64,000 nt of DNA from Pecten maximus (lineage: Eukaryota). Location: assembly GCF_902652985.1 (NCBI RefSeq), contig NC_047028.1, positions 15,004,001 to 15,068,000 of the forward strand, written 5' to 3'. Made by a program: the position numbers and the translations under genes. This document shows, in pieces, positions 27,416-50,000 of this stretch (its first letter is position 1; each line of letters opens with the position of its first letter). Below the pieces are notes generated by a model. That model ran no database searches, had not been told where the DNA came from, and saw only the letters and a program-made list of their open reading frames with translations.

Positions 27416-27835
27416 TCTCTTGTTTAAAATCGTAATTTAACAATAAATTACAAATATTCACCTATGAATATTATTTCTACCTATGGTGTAAGGGGTAACA
27501 TTACTCACGGGAAGTCCGTCTCGGTTGGTTGATTAATTCTATCTGTTGATGAAGATATAAATAGAACAAGTTGTTTGATAAAGCACCATTTTAATATTTT
27601 CTTTTAATATGTATTTTCGTTTGAGGTGGCCTTTGCTGGTTTCGAACCATATTTCGAACTGATAATCCATCAGTTTGACATATTGATTCTTATGTAAAAT
27701 GTTAGAATGATTTATCCTACAAAATTTGGTCATTGTTATTTCTTTTTGACAATCCTCTCTGTCGATATTTCCGGGTTTTCTGACACACATCGCATCGCTG
27801 CTGATATTCACGTTGCTACAGTCAATAGTCGTACT

Positions 27836-28002
27836 CGGTTGACACAGTGGAGTTAGATTCCCAGATCGGATGTGAAAAGGTATGGTAGGCTCACCTGCCG
27901 ACCACGTGGGTTTTGACCCCGGTTACTCCCTTTTCCCTCCCACAGTAAGACCCCTAACACACTTCCATCCGGACCAACAAGAGTGATTAATATAAGTTGA
28001 TA
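27836..28002 (+). mobile_element. Degenerate SINE with V-domain-like core
   Basis: CGTGGGTTTTGACCCCGGTTACTCCCTTTTCCCTCCCACA resembles the V-SINE core GTGGGTTTCCTCCGGGTACTCCGGTTTCCTCCCACA; a degenerate box-B-like AGTTAGATTCCC lies upstream. Confidence 0.55.
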
Positions 28003-28063
28003 TCAAGCAATTGTTGTAAAACAAAGTTTACTTTTTTACAGCTTATAGTGATTCAATACTGTT

Positions 28064-28069
28064 TTTATT
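28064..28069 (-). terminator. Poly(A) signal of tubulin 3
   Basis: TTTATT on + (AATAAA on -) ~110 nt past the stop. Confidence 0.55.
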
Positions 28070-28175
28070 GCTTCTCATGATGTCACTTGAAATAGTATCC
28101 TTTATCAAATTTTATCTTATCTATATCTACCATCGATGGTGGCTCCAGTACCCAGAACGTTACAGTTGGTACTGA

Positions 28176-37286
<9,111 letters not shown>

Positions 37287-37353
37287 CTTGAATATTATTT
37301 CAGCCCGTAGTTTTCACTTGTCGCTCTGTGTCCTGTTAATTTGACGCTCGGAC

Positions 37354-37412
37354 TTATATATCATCGGAAATTGATAGGTGACGCTCAACCTTCCGCCGAG
37401 GAATCTGATTGG
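37354..37412 (-). promoter_or_regulatory. Core promoter of tubulin 3: CCAAT (37412-37408), GCGGAAG (37396-37390), TATATAA (37360-37354)
   Basis: Minus-strand motifs upstream of the ATG at 37286. Confidence 0.7.
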
Positions 37413-38059
37413 ATGATGGAAAGGATGGACTATATTTTGCAAATACTTTCAGTTTTTATGAGATAAGCAAATATTGAAAAAACAAACCCGTCTCATTTCT
37501 GTCGTAATGCTTTCATTGATGGTTGAAATTTCTGAATAAAATTTAATAAAAACCCAAAGTAAAATAGATGGATTTATACATAGAAACAGTCAGTTGTCAT
37601 GGTGTATGTGTAACGTGTCATATAAACATTTAACTTCCACGGAATCCTCCAACCGTGGCGATATAGTAGTTATTTTTAATTCAGTAGACACACACATGCA
37701 TGCACCTGTATAAATGAAACCGTGGTGTTTTTCACGGTTCAGTGGGTAAAACATGAATATTGATATCCCACTTCATACGAAATGATCTGTTGATAAATAG
37801 TAATCAACTCGGTGATCGATTGGGCATAAACAGCTTATTGAACGAACACATTTCTTGTATACGGATGGATACCGAGAGATTTAATTAAATACATTTTTTC
37901 ATTTTACTGACTTCTCCATACTTTTCAACATACTTCTATCAAACGTATTCATACGGCATTCAAAAGATGAACTGATTGTAAATATTAAAATATCTTATCT
38001 CGTTTAAAATAAACTATTCAAATGTTGTATTACGTGTTTTAGAAATAAAAGCATGTTAT

Positions 38060-39700
38060 TACAACAGCTTACCCTAATATATAGTCTATATTGTGATGTC
38101 GGTAAACAGCTTACCCTAATATATATTTTATATTGTGATGTCGGTAAACAGCTTACCCCAATATATAGTTTATATTGTGATGTCGGTAAACAGCTTACCC
38201 TAATATATAGTTTATATTGTGATGTCGGTAAACAGCTTACCCCAATATATAGTTTATATTGTGATGTCGGTAAACAGCTAACCTCAATATATAGTTTATA
38301 TTGTGATGTCGGTAAACAGTTTACCCCAATATATAGTTTATATTGTGATGTCGGTAAACAGCTTACCCTAATATATAGTTTATATTGTGATGTCGGTTAA
38401 CAGCTTACCCCAATATATAGTTTATATTATGATGTCGGTAAACAGCTTACCCTAATATATAGTTTATATTGTGATGTCGGTAAACAGCTTACCCTAATAT
38501 ATAGTTTATATTGTGATGTCGGTAAACAGCTTACCCTAATATATAGTTTATATTGTGATGTCGGTAAACAGCTTACCCTAATATATAGTTTATATTGTGA
38601 TGTCGGTAAACAGCTTACCCCAATATATAGTTTATATTGCGATGTCGGTAAACAGTTTACCCTAATATATAGTCTATATTGTGATGTCGGTAAACAGCTT
38701 ACCCTAATATATAGTTTATATTGTGATGTCGGTAAACAGCTTACCCTAATATATAGTTTATATTATGCTGTCGGTAAACAGCTTACCCTAATATATAGTT
38801 TATATTGTGATGTCGGTAAACAGCTTACCCCAATATATAGTTTATATTGTGATGTCGGTAAACAGCTTACCCGATATATAGTTTATATTGTAATGTCGGT
38901 AAACAGCTTACCCTAATATATAGTTTATATTGTGATGTCGGTAAACAGCTTACCCTAATATATAGTTTATATTGTGATGTCGGTTAACAGCTTACCCCAA
39001 TATATAGTTTATATTGTGATGTCGGTAAACAGCTTACCCCAATATATAGTTTATATTGTGATGTCGGCAAACAGCTTACCCCAATATACAGTTTATATTG
39101 TGATGTCGGTAAACATCTTACCCTAATATATAGTTTATATTACGATGTCGGTAAACAGCTTACCCTAATATATAGTTTATATTGTGATGTCGGTAAACAG
39201 CTTACCCTAATATATAGTTTATATTATGATGTCGGTTAACAGCTTACCCCAATATATAGTTTATATTATGATGTCGGTAAACAGCTTACCCCAATATATA
39301 GTTTATATTGTGATGTCGGTAAACAGCTTACCCCAATATATAGTTTATATTGTGATGTCGGTAAACAGCTTACCCCAATATATAGTTTGTAATGTGGTGT
39401 CGGTAAACAGCTTACCCCAATATATAGTTTATATTGTGATGTCGGTAAACAGCTTACCCTAATATATAGTTTATATTATGATGTCGGTAAACAGCTTACC
39501 CCGATATATAGTTTATATTGTGATGTCGGTAAACAGCTTACCCCAATATATAGTTTAAATTGTGATGTCGGTAAACAGCTTACCCTAATATATAGTTTAT
39601 ATTGTGATGTCGGTAAACAGTTTACCCCAATATATAGTTTATATTGTGATGTCGTTAATTAGCTTACCCTAATTTATAGTTTGTTATGTTGTGTCGGTAA
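38060..39700. repeat. Minisatellite, 42-bp unit GGTAAACAGCTTACCCYAATATATAGTTTATATTGTGATGTC, ~39 copies
   Basis: Tandem array ~0.8 kb upstream of the tubulin 3 ATG. Confidence 0.97.
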
Positions 39701-39892
39701 TCACAATACCTTAGTATTGAGATGTGAAATGAGACGTGACAGGTTTTCTATACCTGGTAACCAGTTTATCAGTCTCCGGGTATACAGTTCAAACGTATCA
39801 CCTACAACTCCAACTCGTGAATATTTAATTGCCAATATTCTGATAACGTCTGTGTATTTACCGGGTTTATCAAAGAGCTGTCTAAAGCTTCA

Positions 39893-41062
39893 TCAAGATA
39901 CGAGGAGAAATAAAACGGACCAGTATTTCGATGTCAATATACGGGGGTAAACGGAGAAATAAGACGGACCAGTATGGTAATGTTAAGATACGGGGATAAA
40001 CGGAGAAATAAGACGGACCGGTATGGTAATGTCAATATACGGGGGTAAACGGAGAAATAAGACGGACCGGTATGGTAATGTCAGGATACGGGGGTAAACG
40101 AAAATATAAGACGGACCGGTATGGTAATGTCAGGATACGGGGGAAAACGAAAATATAAGACGGACCGGTATAGTAATGTCAAGATACGGAGGTAAAGGGA
40201 GAAATAAGACGGACCGGTATGGTAATGTCAAGATACGGGGGTAAACGGAGAAATAAGACGGACCGGTAATGTCAAGATACGGGGGTAAACGGAGAAATAA
40301 GACGGACCGGTATGGTAATGTCAGGATACGGGGGAAAACGAAAATATAAGACGGACCGGTATAGTAATGTCAAGATACGGAGGTAAAGGGAGAAATAAGA
40401 CGGACCGGTATGGTAATGTCAAGATACGGGGGTAAACGGAGAAATAAGACGGACCGGTAATGTCAAGATACGGGGGTAAACGGAGAAATAAGACGGACCG
40501 GTATGGTAATGTCAAGATACGGGGGTAAACGGAGAAATAAGACGGACCGGTATGATAATGTCAAGAAACGGGGGTAAACGGAGAAATAAGACGGACCGGT
40601 ATGGTAATGTCAATATACGGGGGTAAACGGAGAAATACGAGGGTAAACGGATAAATAAAACGGACCAGTAGTTCGATGTCAAGACACGGGGGTAAACGGA
40701 GAAATACGACGGACCAGTATGGTAATGTCAATATACGGGGGTAAACGGAGAAATACGAGGGTAAACGGATAAATAAAACGGACCAGTAGTTCGATGTCAA
40801 GACACGGGGGTAAACGGAGAAATACGACGGACCAGTATGGTAATGTCAAGATACGGGGGTAAACGGAGAAATACGAGGGTAAACGGATAAATAAAACGGA
40901 CCAGTAGTTCGATGTCAAGACACGGGGGTAAACGGAGAAATACGACGGACCAGTATGGTAATGTCAATATACGGGGGTTAACGGAGAAATACGACGGACC
41001 GGTATGGTAATGTCAATATACGGGGGTAAACGGAGAAATACGACGGACCGGTATGATAATGT
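39893..41062. repeat. Minisatellite, 49-bp unit CAAGATACGGGGGTAAACGGAGAAATAAGACGGACCGGTATGGTAATGT with 191-bp and 118-bp higher-order blocks
   Basis: Tandem array; variant blocks repeat at offsets of 191 (40131/40322) and 118. Confidence 0.93.
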
Positions 41063-41204
41063 TTACCTGAACCAGTTCGAGTATTCCACTTGTCCTTGTT
41101 ACCATAGTCCCGACTCGAGTACTCCAATTCTCCTGGTTACCTGTTCCTATTCGAGTATACGCATTGCCCTCTTACATTGCCCTGGTACCCGCGATCCTAA
41201 TTCT

Positions 41205-42576
41205 GGTACTCATATTACCTTGGTGACCGTTGTCCCTACTTGAGTACTCCTATTACCTTGACGACCGTTGTCCCTATTTGAGTACTCCTATTACCTTGAC
41301 GACCGTTGTCCCTATTTGAGTACTCCTATTACCTTGATGACCGTTGTCCCTATTTCAGTACTCACATTACCTTGGTGACCGTTGTCCCTATTTGAGTACT
41401 CCTATTACCTTGGTGACCGTTGTCCCTATTTGAGTACTCCCAATACCTTGGTGACCGTTGTCCCTATTTGAGTACTCCTATTACCTTGGTGACCGTTGTC
41501 CCTATTTGAGTACTCACATTACCTTGGTGACCGTTGTTCCTATTTGAGTACTCACATTACCTTGGTGACCGTTGTCCCTATTTGAGTACTCCCATTACCT
41601 TGGTGACCGTTGTCCCTATTTGAGTACTCACATTACCTTGGTGACCGTTGTCCCTATTTGAGTACTCCTATTACCTTGGTGACCGTTGTCCCTATTTGAG
41701 TACTCCTATTACCTTGGTGACCGTTGTCCCTATTTGAGTACTCCCATTACCTTGGTGACCGTTGTCCCTATTTGAGTACTCCTATTACCTTGATGACCGT
41801 TGTCCCTATTTGAGTACTCCTATTACCTTGGTGACCGTTGTCCCTATTTGAGTACTCCTATTATCTTGGTGACCGTTTCCCCTATTTGAGTACTCACATT
41901 ACCTTGGTGACCGTTGTCCCTATTTGAGTACTCACATTACCTTGGTGACCGTTGTCCCTATTTGAGTACTCCCATTACCTTGGTGACCGTTGTCCCTATT
42001 TGAGTACTCCTATTATCTTGGTGACCGTTTCCCCTATTTGAGTACTCACATTACCTTGGTGACCGTTGTCCCTATTTGAGTACTCACATTACCTTGGTGA
42101 CCGTTGTCCCTATTTGAGTACTCCCATTACCTTGTTGACCGTTGTCCCTATTTGAGTACTCCTATTACCTTGGTGACCGTTGTCCCTATTTGAGTACTCC
42201 CATTACCTTGGTGACCGTTGTCCCTATTTGAGTACTCCTATTACCTTGGTGACCGTTGTTCCTATTTGAGTACTCCCATTACCTTGGTGACCGTTTCCCT
42301 ATTTGAGTACTCACATTACCTTGGTGACCGTTGTCCCTATTTGAGTACTCACATTACCTTGGTGACCGTTGTCCCTATTTGAGTACTCCCATTACCTTGG
42401 TGACCGTTGTCACTATTTGAGTACTACCATTACCTTGGTGACCGTTTCCCCTATTTGAGTACTGCTAGTAAACTAGTGACCGTTTCCCCTATTTGAGTAC
42501 TCCTATTAAATTAGTGACCGTTTTCCCTATTTGAGTACTCCTATTAAATTAGTGACCGTTTTCCCTATTTGAGTAC
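41205..42576. repeat. Minisatellite, 38-bp unit TTTGAGTACTCCTATTACCTTGGTGACCGTTGTCCCTA, ~36 copies
   Basis: Tandem array with a degenerate precursor at 41075-41205. Confidence 0.97.
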
Positions 42577-43544
42577 TTGCACTGCCCCGATGACCTACTG
42601 AAGGATATTTATATCAAGATGTATTGATTGTGGCGATCAACAACAAGGCTTACGTGGATTTACAATATAAATATAACTTGTAGGTTAAGTTGGTAGATCA
42701 ATAAACATTGCTAGGCTCTCCTGTTCAAGTCTCGTGTACACCCTATGGAGTAGGTAGTGCACAACACTTACCCCCAACTCGGATCGTGCCTGGCAGCGAT
42801 GTTGTGATATTTTTTTTTATTATTTGTCTGATTTGAATTACAAATGTTAAATGTACGTTGAAGATTCCTTCCATACACAACATCTACATTGTTCTATTTG
42901 AGCAATATTAGTTAATAACCACACACATTGGACCTGTGGTTTGTGTTTGTGGGTTAAGGTTATATGCTACCTTATGCAATATGTTTGCATTTTGTGTTAG
43001 CATATCATTTAAGCTTGTGTTAGAGTTACGTCACATGAACTCTTCACGTTATTTGACCATTTAGAATAGTATGAGTTATCAACATACGATAAGGATTTTT
43101 GTCTCACCAATTTCTTTAAACTTTTACACCAAATACGCTACAGCTACGTCATCACCCAAATGCGTATTCTTTCCTCCGCTACCTTTGAATAGTGACACTG
43201 TAATTACAATGACTTTTTAGTGTAGATATAAGTTAGGTGTTTTATAAAATAGCGAGGCTTGCCTTCCTTTTGATGTAGGTTTATTATCATTATACAGCTT
43301 AGTTTTTACTAATGTCAAACTCAACAATGAATGTCATAAACGTTATAACTTGTTGATTCAACGACTTATCAAAGATATAGAATACAGTTATTGGGTCTGA
43401 CGAGGACGTGTGTGTACATGTATCGTACCACAGGAGTTAAATGTTAGCGATGACAGAAAACCTCTCGTAAAGGGGTGTTCGTGTAGACAGAATAGTCACG
43501 TATTGTTATATTATATTGAATGTATATCTTATCCTCCAATAAAG

Positions 43545-43547
<3 letters not shown>

Positions 43548-43575
<28 letters not shown>
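43548..43575 (+). repeat. G28 homopolymer
   Basis: Run of G. Confidence 0.9.
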
Positions 43576-44174
43576 TGATGTAAATAATTGTGGACAAAAC
43601 GAATGGCTTCATTTCACGCCGTAACTGTGGCATTTCAACATACACGAAGTTTCTTTTAAAAGAATTGACATTAACATATGAGTTTCATTATAGTAATAAT
43701 TATCAAATTAGTTTTACCGCATTAAGTTCGCCTACCCATCAAACAACACACGTGTCCTACAATATACACGACACAAGACCGATATTCGCTACACGATTCC
43801 CAAAAGCTTCCAAGAACTTGGTCGAAATAAAGCTCTCAGGATTCTTTTTCCTTCAATGATGAAATATAACAGCAGCGGGACCCTGAAGACTGGGTTATCT
43901 GCCGTTGTTTTTCTACTCTCCGCTCTACTTCACTTTGAAACACACAAAATATAAAACAATATTCACGAGCGCAACCTAGTGGAGAGAAATGGTACTAAGG
44001 CAGATAATTCAGTCTGTCTCCATTGGTACAGTTCTTTGATTCGGTCCGAAACAGGCTTTACCACACTGTAGTTTCAATAGGTAAAGCTCAATATATTCAT
44101 TGATTAATTTGAATACATTTTGATGCTATGGAGATAACACAACAAAAATGGAGTGTTTTATCATCGCGGTTTTT

Positions 44175-44335
44175 GTGTGTGAAAAAATGCGCTTTTATTG
44201 ATGAATTCTCTTCTCTTAGAAATTATTACGCCGTTGCATAAGCCAATCAAAAGCGACGTTACAAACAGCGACGTTATTGGCTGATATCATAAATTCTACA
44301 ACCTATTAAAATGCTTGTTACAAGCAGGATTAAAT
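44175..44335 (-). mobile_element. Second copy (single-unit form) of the dispersed repeat at 9200-9490
   Basis: AGCCAATCAAAAGCGACGTTACAAAC and ATGCTTGTTACAAGCAGGATTAAA match the reverse complement of the 9.2-9.5 kb copy. Confidence 0.7.
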
Positions 44336-45011
44336 GATATCTACAGTATATAATTTCATACGTATTTCGATATTAAGCGAGACAATTTTTTTTTATATGT
44401 TTTTTTAACCGCTGGACAGACTCGATGTAGATGTGGCTTTGTTGTTCTGGTTTGGAAGAAACGTTACATGTACATGATAAAACACAACCCTGTATACCGT
44501 GTACACAGAATAAACATTCATCAGTAATGCAGAATTCCAATACAGACATATAGAGAGGCCATTGTTCATCTGCCGTCAACCTAGTCATAACAAAGGTAGT
44601 CGAACGAAAGCTGAGATTGATTATTTTACCGGAATTTTAAAGTCTTTGTACACATTGCTCGCTGTGTCTACCCGGGATGTCAAGTTACCTGCATCGCTGC
44701 CTTTTTTATGATGGTGGTTAAAGCGACACAGTCTGTAATGTTATGAAAAAATATATACAGTATATAAACGATCTTACACGAATGGAACTGATATAGGATA
44801 TAAGTGTGATTAATAAAAGTTTAATAAATCCCATTTCATATTCAGACAAGTTTACGACTCTTAGATGTAAGATTTATATCTACAAAAAACTTTATGAGAA
44901 AATATCACGTTTGCTCCACCCTCATAGATCGCACGTTTGATACCCTTTGGTATGACTCTTCCAAGAGAGTTCAGTGGAGACCATCATTTTTTTCCTCTCC
45001 GCAGATCGCTT

Positions 45012-45780
45012 GATATGTGTCCTTTGCTTGGCCCCTTCCCAGAACTTGTACGTCAGGTGTCATTTGATTAGTCCTTTCCCAGAATTGGACGTCAATTGGC
45101 CTTTGATTGGTCACTCTCTAGCATTCGTACGTCAGGTGTTATTTGATTGGTCCCTCCTCAGAATTGGACGCCAGGGTCCTTGATTGGTCCCAATCTAGCA
45201 TTCGTGCGTCATGTGTCCTTTGATTGGTCACTCTCTAGCGTTCGTACTTCAGGTGTCCCTTGATTGGTCCCTCCCCAGAATTGGACGTCAGGTGTCCTTG
45301 ATTGGCCCCTCCCCAGAATTGGATGTCAGGTGTCCTTCGGTTGGTCCCTCCCCAGAATTGGACATCAGGTGTCTTTTGATTGGTCCCTTCCCGGAATGTG
45401 AACGTCAGGTTCCATTTGATTGGTCCATTCCCAGAACTTGTACGTCAGGTGTTCTTTGATTGATCCCTCCCCAGAATTCGTACGTTAAGTGTCCTTTGAT
45501 TGGTCCCTCCCCAGAATGTGTGCGCAAGGTGTCCTGTGATTGGTCCCTCCTCAGAATTCGTACGTTATACGTCCTTTGATTAGTCCCTCTCCAGAATTCG
45601 TTCGTTATGCGTCCTTTGATTGGTCCCTCCCCAGAATTCCTTCGTCAGGTGTCCTTTGTTCGGTCCCTCTCTTGAATCAGTAAGTCATGTGTCCTCTGAT
45701 TGGTCGCTGCCCAGAGACGGAAAGTTAAGTGTCCATCTATCGATTCTTCCCCAGAGATCGTACGTTTGGCACCCCCTCGA
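45012..45780. repeat. Diverged 39-40-bp tandem TTTGATTGGTCCCTCCCCAGAATTCGTACGTCAGGTGTCC, ~18 copies
   Basis: GATTGG recurs every ~40 bp; units are notably more diverged than in neighbouring arrays. Confidence 0.9.
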
Positions 45781-47009
45781 AGATTAGACGGACTCCCGTG
45801 TTGCTTACTAGACGATGACTTCTTTACCAAGTAATCATATAACGAACAGTACACATTCCAGTGGTTATCGCTCATTTTGAAATTGTTTTATTTATTTCTT
45901 ACTTTGTAGATAGGAATTAGTCATGCGTGGTAGGTTTTAATCATAAAAGGGTTCCTCGGACAGTCGCAAACTCTGCCTGTCCTGGTATTTAAAACGTTTA
46001 TTTTACATTTGTGATCTACCATATTTATTAAACTGTGAAGGCAGACCGGTATAATTTCTTATTGTGCCCAATGGAGTTAGTCACTAAGCAAAACAACATA
46101 GCACTGTTTGTGTAAAAATCATTTAAAACCTAATTGATACTACCATACGCGTGTTAAAAAACCCGAATTAGCCCAACAGGATTATTGAGTTTGAGCTTTC
46201 GGTCAGATAATACAGCGGTATAGTTCGATATTACGTGTCTGAGTTCTATTGTTCACGTCGGTTACGATTTCACAATCGTGGATGCGTCCAAAGCCATGTG
46301 TTCTCGTGTATTGTTTTAGTGTTTGGTAGGCCGGGACACAAACATGTATCGCAATGTACATTTGTTTTCACGTGGGTTTTAATAAATAACTACATACTTA
46401 TCAATTGTTTAACATGTCTCTGTTTATAAAAGGTAGCACAGGATTTTGTTTGGTTCATGCCGTACGTTACACATAATCACATGGAAGGTATAAATACCCT
46501 ACTTAGAGTTTCGGGAAAAAAACCTTTCTCACGCCCTTCATGGGAACCGTTATAGGGATTTTAACACCATTATTGTATGGCACATATATGGTGCATTTAC
46601 CGATTAGATATCTATCAAATTAATGTTATACATGTTTACCCCTCATCTCGCTTCGCTGTATGCCATTACTTACAAGGCACAGAAGTGAAATTAAGACATA
46701 ACTTACATGTAGCTAAAGAGATTATACAATTGTTTATAACTGAATAACATAATAAATAAAAGTTTAATCATTTGTTAAATCAATTTGTGATTTTAGATAG
46801 CGAAGAATGTATAATTTATAATCGTCTCAAAATACCCTGTGTAGTTATATTAGACAGCATTCCAATATGAATTCAATTTTCAGTCAATGTCGACCAAATG
46901 GACTTTGCACACATCCCCAAAACCCGTCATATTAGGAGTCGCCCACAGGGACTTGGTACAGTCCTCCGAACCCGTACGAGTACGTGTCGATCACAGGGAC
47001 CTGACACAG

Positions 47010-50000
47010 ACCCCAATACAATGAGTTTGATGAACTGTGTCATCCCCTCCCCATACGATGGGTTTGATGGACTGTGTCACCCTCCCCATACGATGGGTTT
47101 GAGGAACTGTGTCACCCTCCTCATACAATGGGTTTGAGGAACTGTGTCACCCCTCCCTATACAATGGGTTTGAGGAACTGTGTCACCCCTCCCCATACAA
47201 TGGGTTTGAGGAACTGTGTCACCCCTCCCCATACAATGATTTTGATGGACTGTGTCACCCCTCCCCATACAATGGGTTTGAGGAACTGTGTCACCCCCGT
47301 CCATACAATGGGTTTGAGGAACTGTGTCACCCCTCCTCATACAATGGGTTTGAGGAACTGTGTCACCCCTCCCCATACGATGGGTTTGAGGAACTGTGTC
47401 ACCCTCCTCATACAATGGGTTTGAGGAACTGTGTCACCCCTCCCCATACGATGGGTTTGAGGAACTCTGTCACCCCTCCCCATATAATGGGTTGGAGGAA
47501 CTGTGTCACCCCTCCCCATATAATGGGTTTGAGGAACTGTGTCATCCCTCCCCATATAATGGGTTTGAGGAACTGTGTCATCCCTCCCCATATAATGGGT
47601 TTGAGGAACTGTGTCATCCCTCCCCATACAATGGGTTTGATGAACTGTGTCACCCCTCCCCATACAATGGGTTTGATGAACTGTGTCATCCCTCCCCATA
47701 CAATGGGTTTGATGAACTGTGTCACCCCTCCCCATACAATGGGTTTGAGGAACAGTGTCATCCCTCCCCATACAATGGGTTTGATGAACTGTGTCACCCC
47801 TCCCCATACAATGGGTTTGAGGAACTGTGTCACCCCTCCCCATACAATGGGTTTGAGGAGCTCTGTCACCCTCCCCATAAGATGGGTTTGAGGAACTGTG
47901 TCACCCCTCCCCATACAATGGGTTTAATACTGTGTCACCCCTCCCCATACAATGGGTTTGAGGAGCTCTGTCACCCTCCCCATACAATGGGTTTGATGAA
48001 CTGTGTCACCCCTCCCCATACAATGGGTTTGAGGAACTGTGTCACCCCTCCCCATACAATGGGTTTGAGGAACTCTGTCACCCTCCCCATAAGATGGGTT
48101 TGAGGAACTGTGTCACCCCTCCCCATACAATGGGTTTAATACTGTGTCATCCCTCCCCATACAATGGGTTTGAGGAGCTCTGTCACCCTCCCCATACAAT
48201 GGGTTTGATGAACTGTGTCACCCCTCCCCATACAATGGGTTTGAGGAACTGTGTCACCCCTCCCCATACAATGGGTTTGAGGAACTGTGTCACCCCTCCC
48301 CATACAATGGGTTTGAGGAACTCTGTCACCCTCCCCATAAGATGGGTTTGAGGAACTGTGTCACCCCTCCCCATACAATGGGTTTAATACTGTGTCATCC
48401 CTCCCCATACAATGGGTTTGAGGAGCTCTGTCACCCTCCCCATACAATGGGTTTGATGAACTGTGTCACCCCTCCCCATACAATGGGTTTGAGGAACTGT
48501 GTCACCCCTCCCCATACAATGGGTTTGAGGAGCTCTGTCACCCTCCCCATAAGATGGGTTTGAGGAACTGTGTCATCCCTCCTCATACAATGGGTTTGAT
48601 GAACTGTGTCACCCCTCCCCATACAATGGGTTTGATGAACTGTGTCACCCCTCCCCATATAATGGGTTTGATGAACTGTGTCACCCCTCCCCATACAATG
48701 GGTTTGATGAACTGTGTCACCCCTCCCCATACAATGGGTTTGAGGAACTGTGTCACCCCTCCCCATACAATGGGTTTGAGGAGCTCTGTCACCCTCCCCA
48801 TAAGATGGGTTTGAGGAACTGTGTCACCCCTCCCCATACAATGGGTTTAATACTGTGTCATCCCTCCCCATACAATGGGTTTGAGGAGCTCTGTCACCCT
48901 CCCCATACAATGGGTTTGATGAACTGTGTCACCCCTCCCCATACAATGGGTTTGAGGAACTGTGTCACCCCTCCCCATACAATGGGTTTGAGGAGCTCTG
49001 TCACCCTCCCATAAGATGGGTTTTGAGGAACTGTGTCATCCCTCCTCATACAATGGGTTTGATGAACTGTGTCACCCCTCCCCCATACAATGGGTTTGAT
49101 GAACTGTGTCACCCCTCCCCATATAATGGGTTTAATAATGTGTCACCCCTCCCCATACAATGGGTTTAATAATGTGTCACCCCCCCCCCATATAATGGGT
49201 TTAATAATGTGTCACCCCTCCCGTTATGATGGGTTTGAGGAACTGTGTCACCCCTCCCCATACAATGGGTTTGAGGAACTCTGTCACCCCTCCCAATACA
49301 ATGGGTTTGAGGGAACTGTGTCACCCCCGTCCATACAATGGGTTGAGGAACTGTGTCACCCCTCCCCATACGGGTTTGAGGAACTATGTCATCCCTCCCC
49401 ATACAATGAGTTTGAGGAACTGTGTCATCCCTCCCATACAATGGGTTTGAGGAACTGTGTCACCCCTCCCCATATAATGGGTTTGATGAACTGTGTCACC
49501 CCTCCCCATACAATGGGTTTAATACTGTGTCACCCCTCCCCATACGATGGGTTTGAGGAACTGTGTCATCCCTCCCCATACGATGGGTTTGAGGAACTGT
49601 ATCACCCCTAACCATACGATGGGTTTGAGGAACTGTGTCATCCCTCCCCATACGATGGGTTTGATGAACTGTATCACCCCTCCTCATACAATGGGTTTAA
49701 TACTGTGTCACCCCTCCCCATACGATGGGTTTGATGAACTGTATCACCCCTCCTCATACAATGGGTTTAATACTGTGTCACCCCTCCCCATAAGATGGGT
49801 TTGAGGAACTGTGTCACCCCTCCCCATACAATGGGTTTAATACTGTGTCATCCCTCCCCATACAATGGGTTTGAGGAGCTCTGTCACCCTCCCCATACAA
49901 TGGGTTTGATGAACTGTGTCACCCCTCCCCATACAATGGGTTTGAGGAACTGTGTCACCCCCTCCCCATACAATGGGTTTGAGGAGCTCTGTCACCCTCC

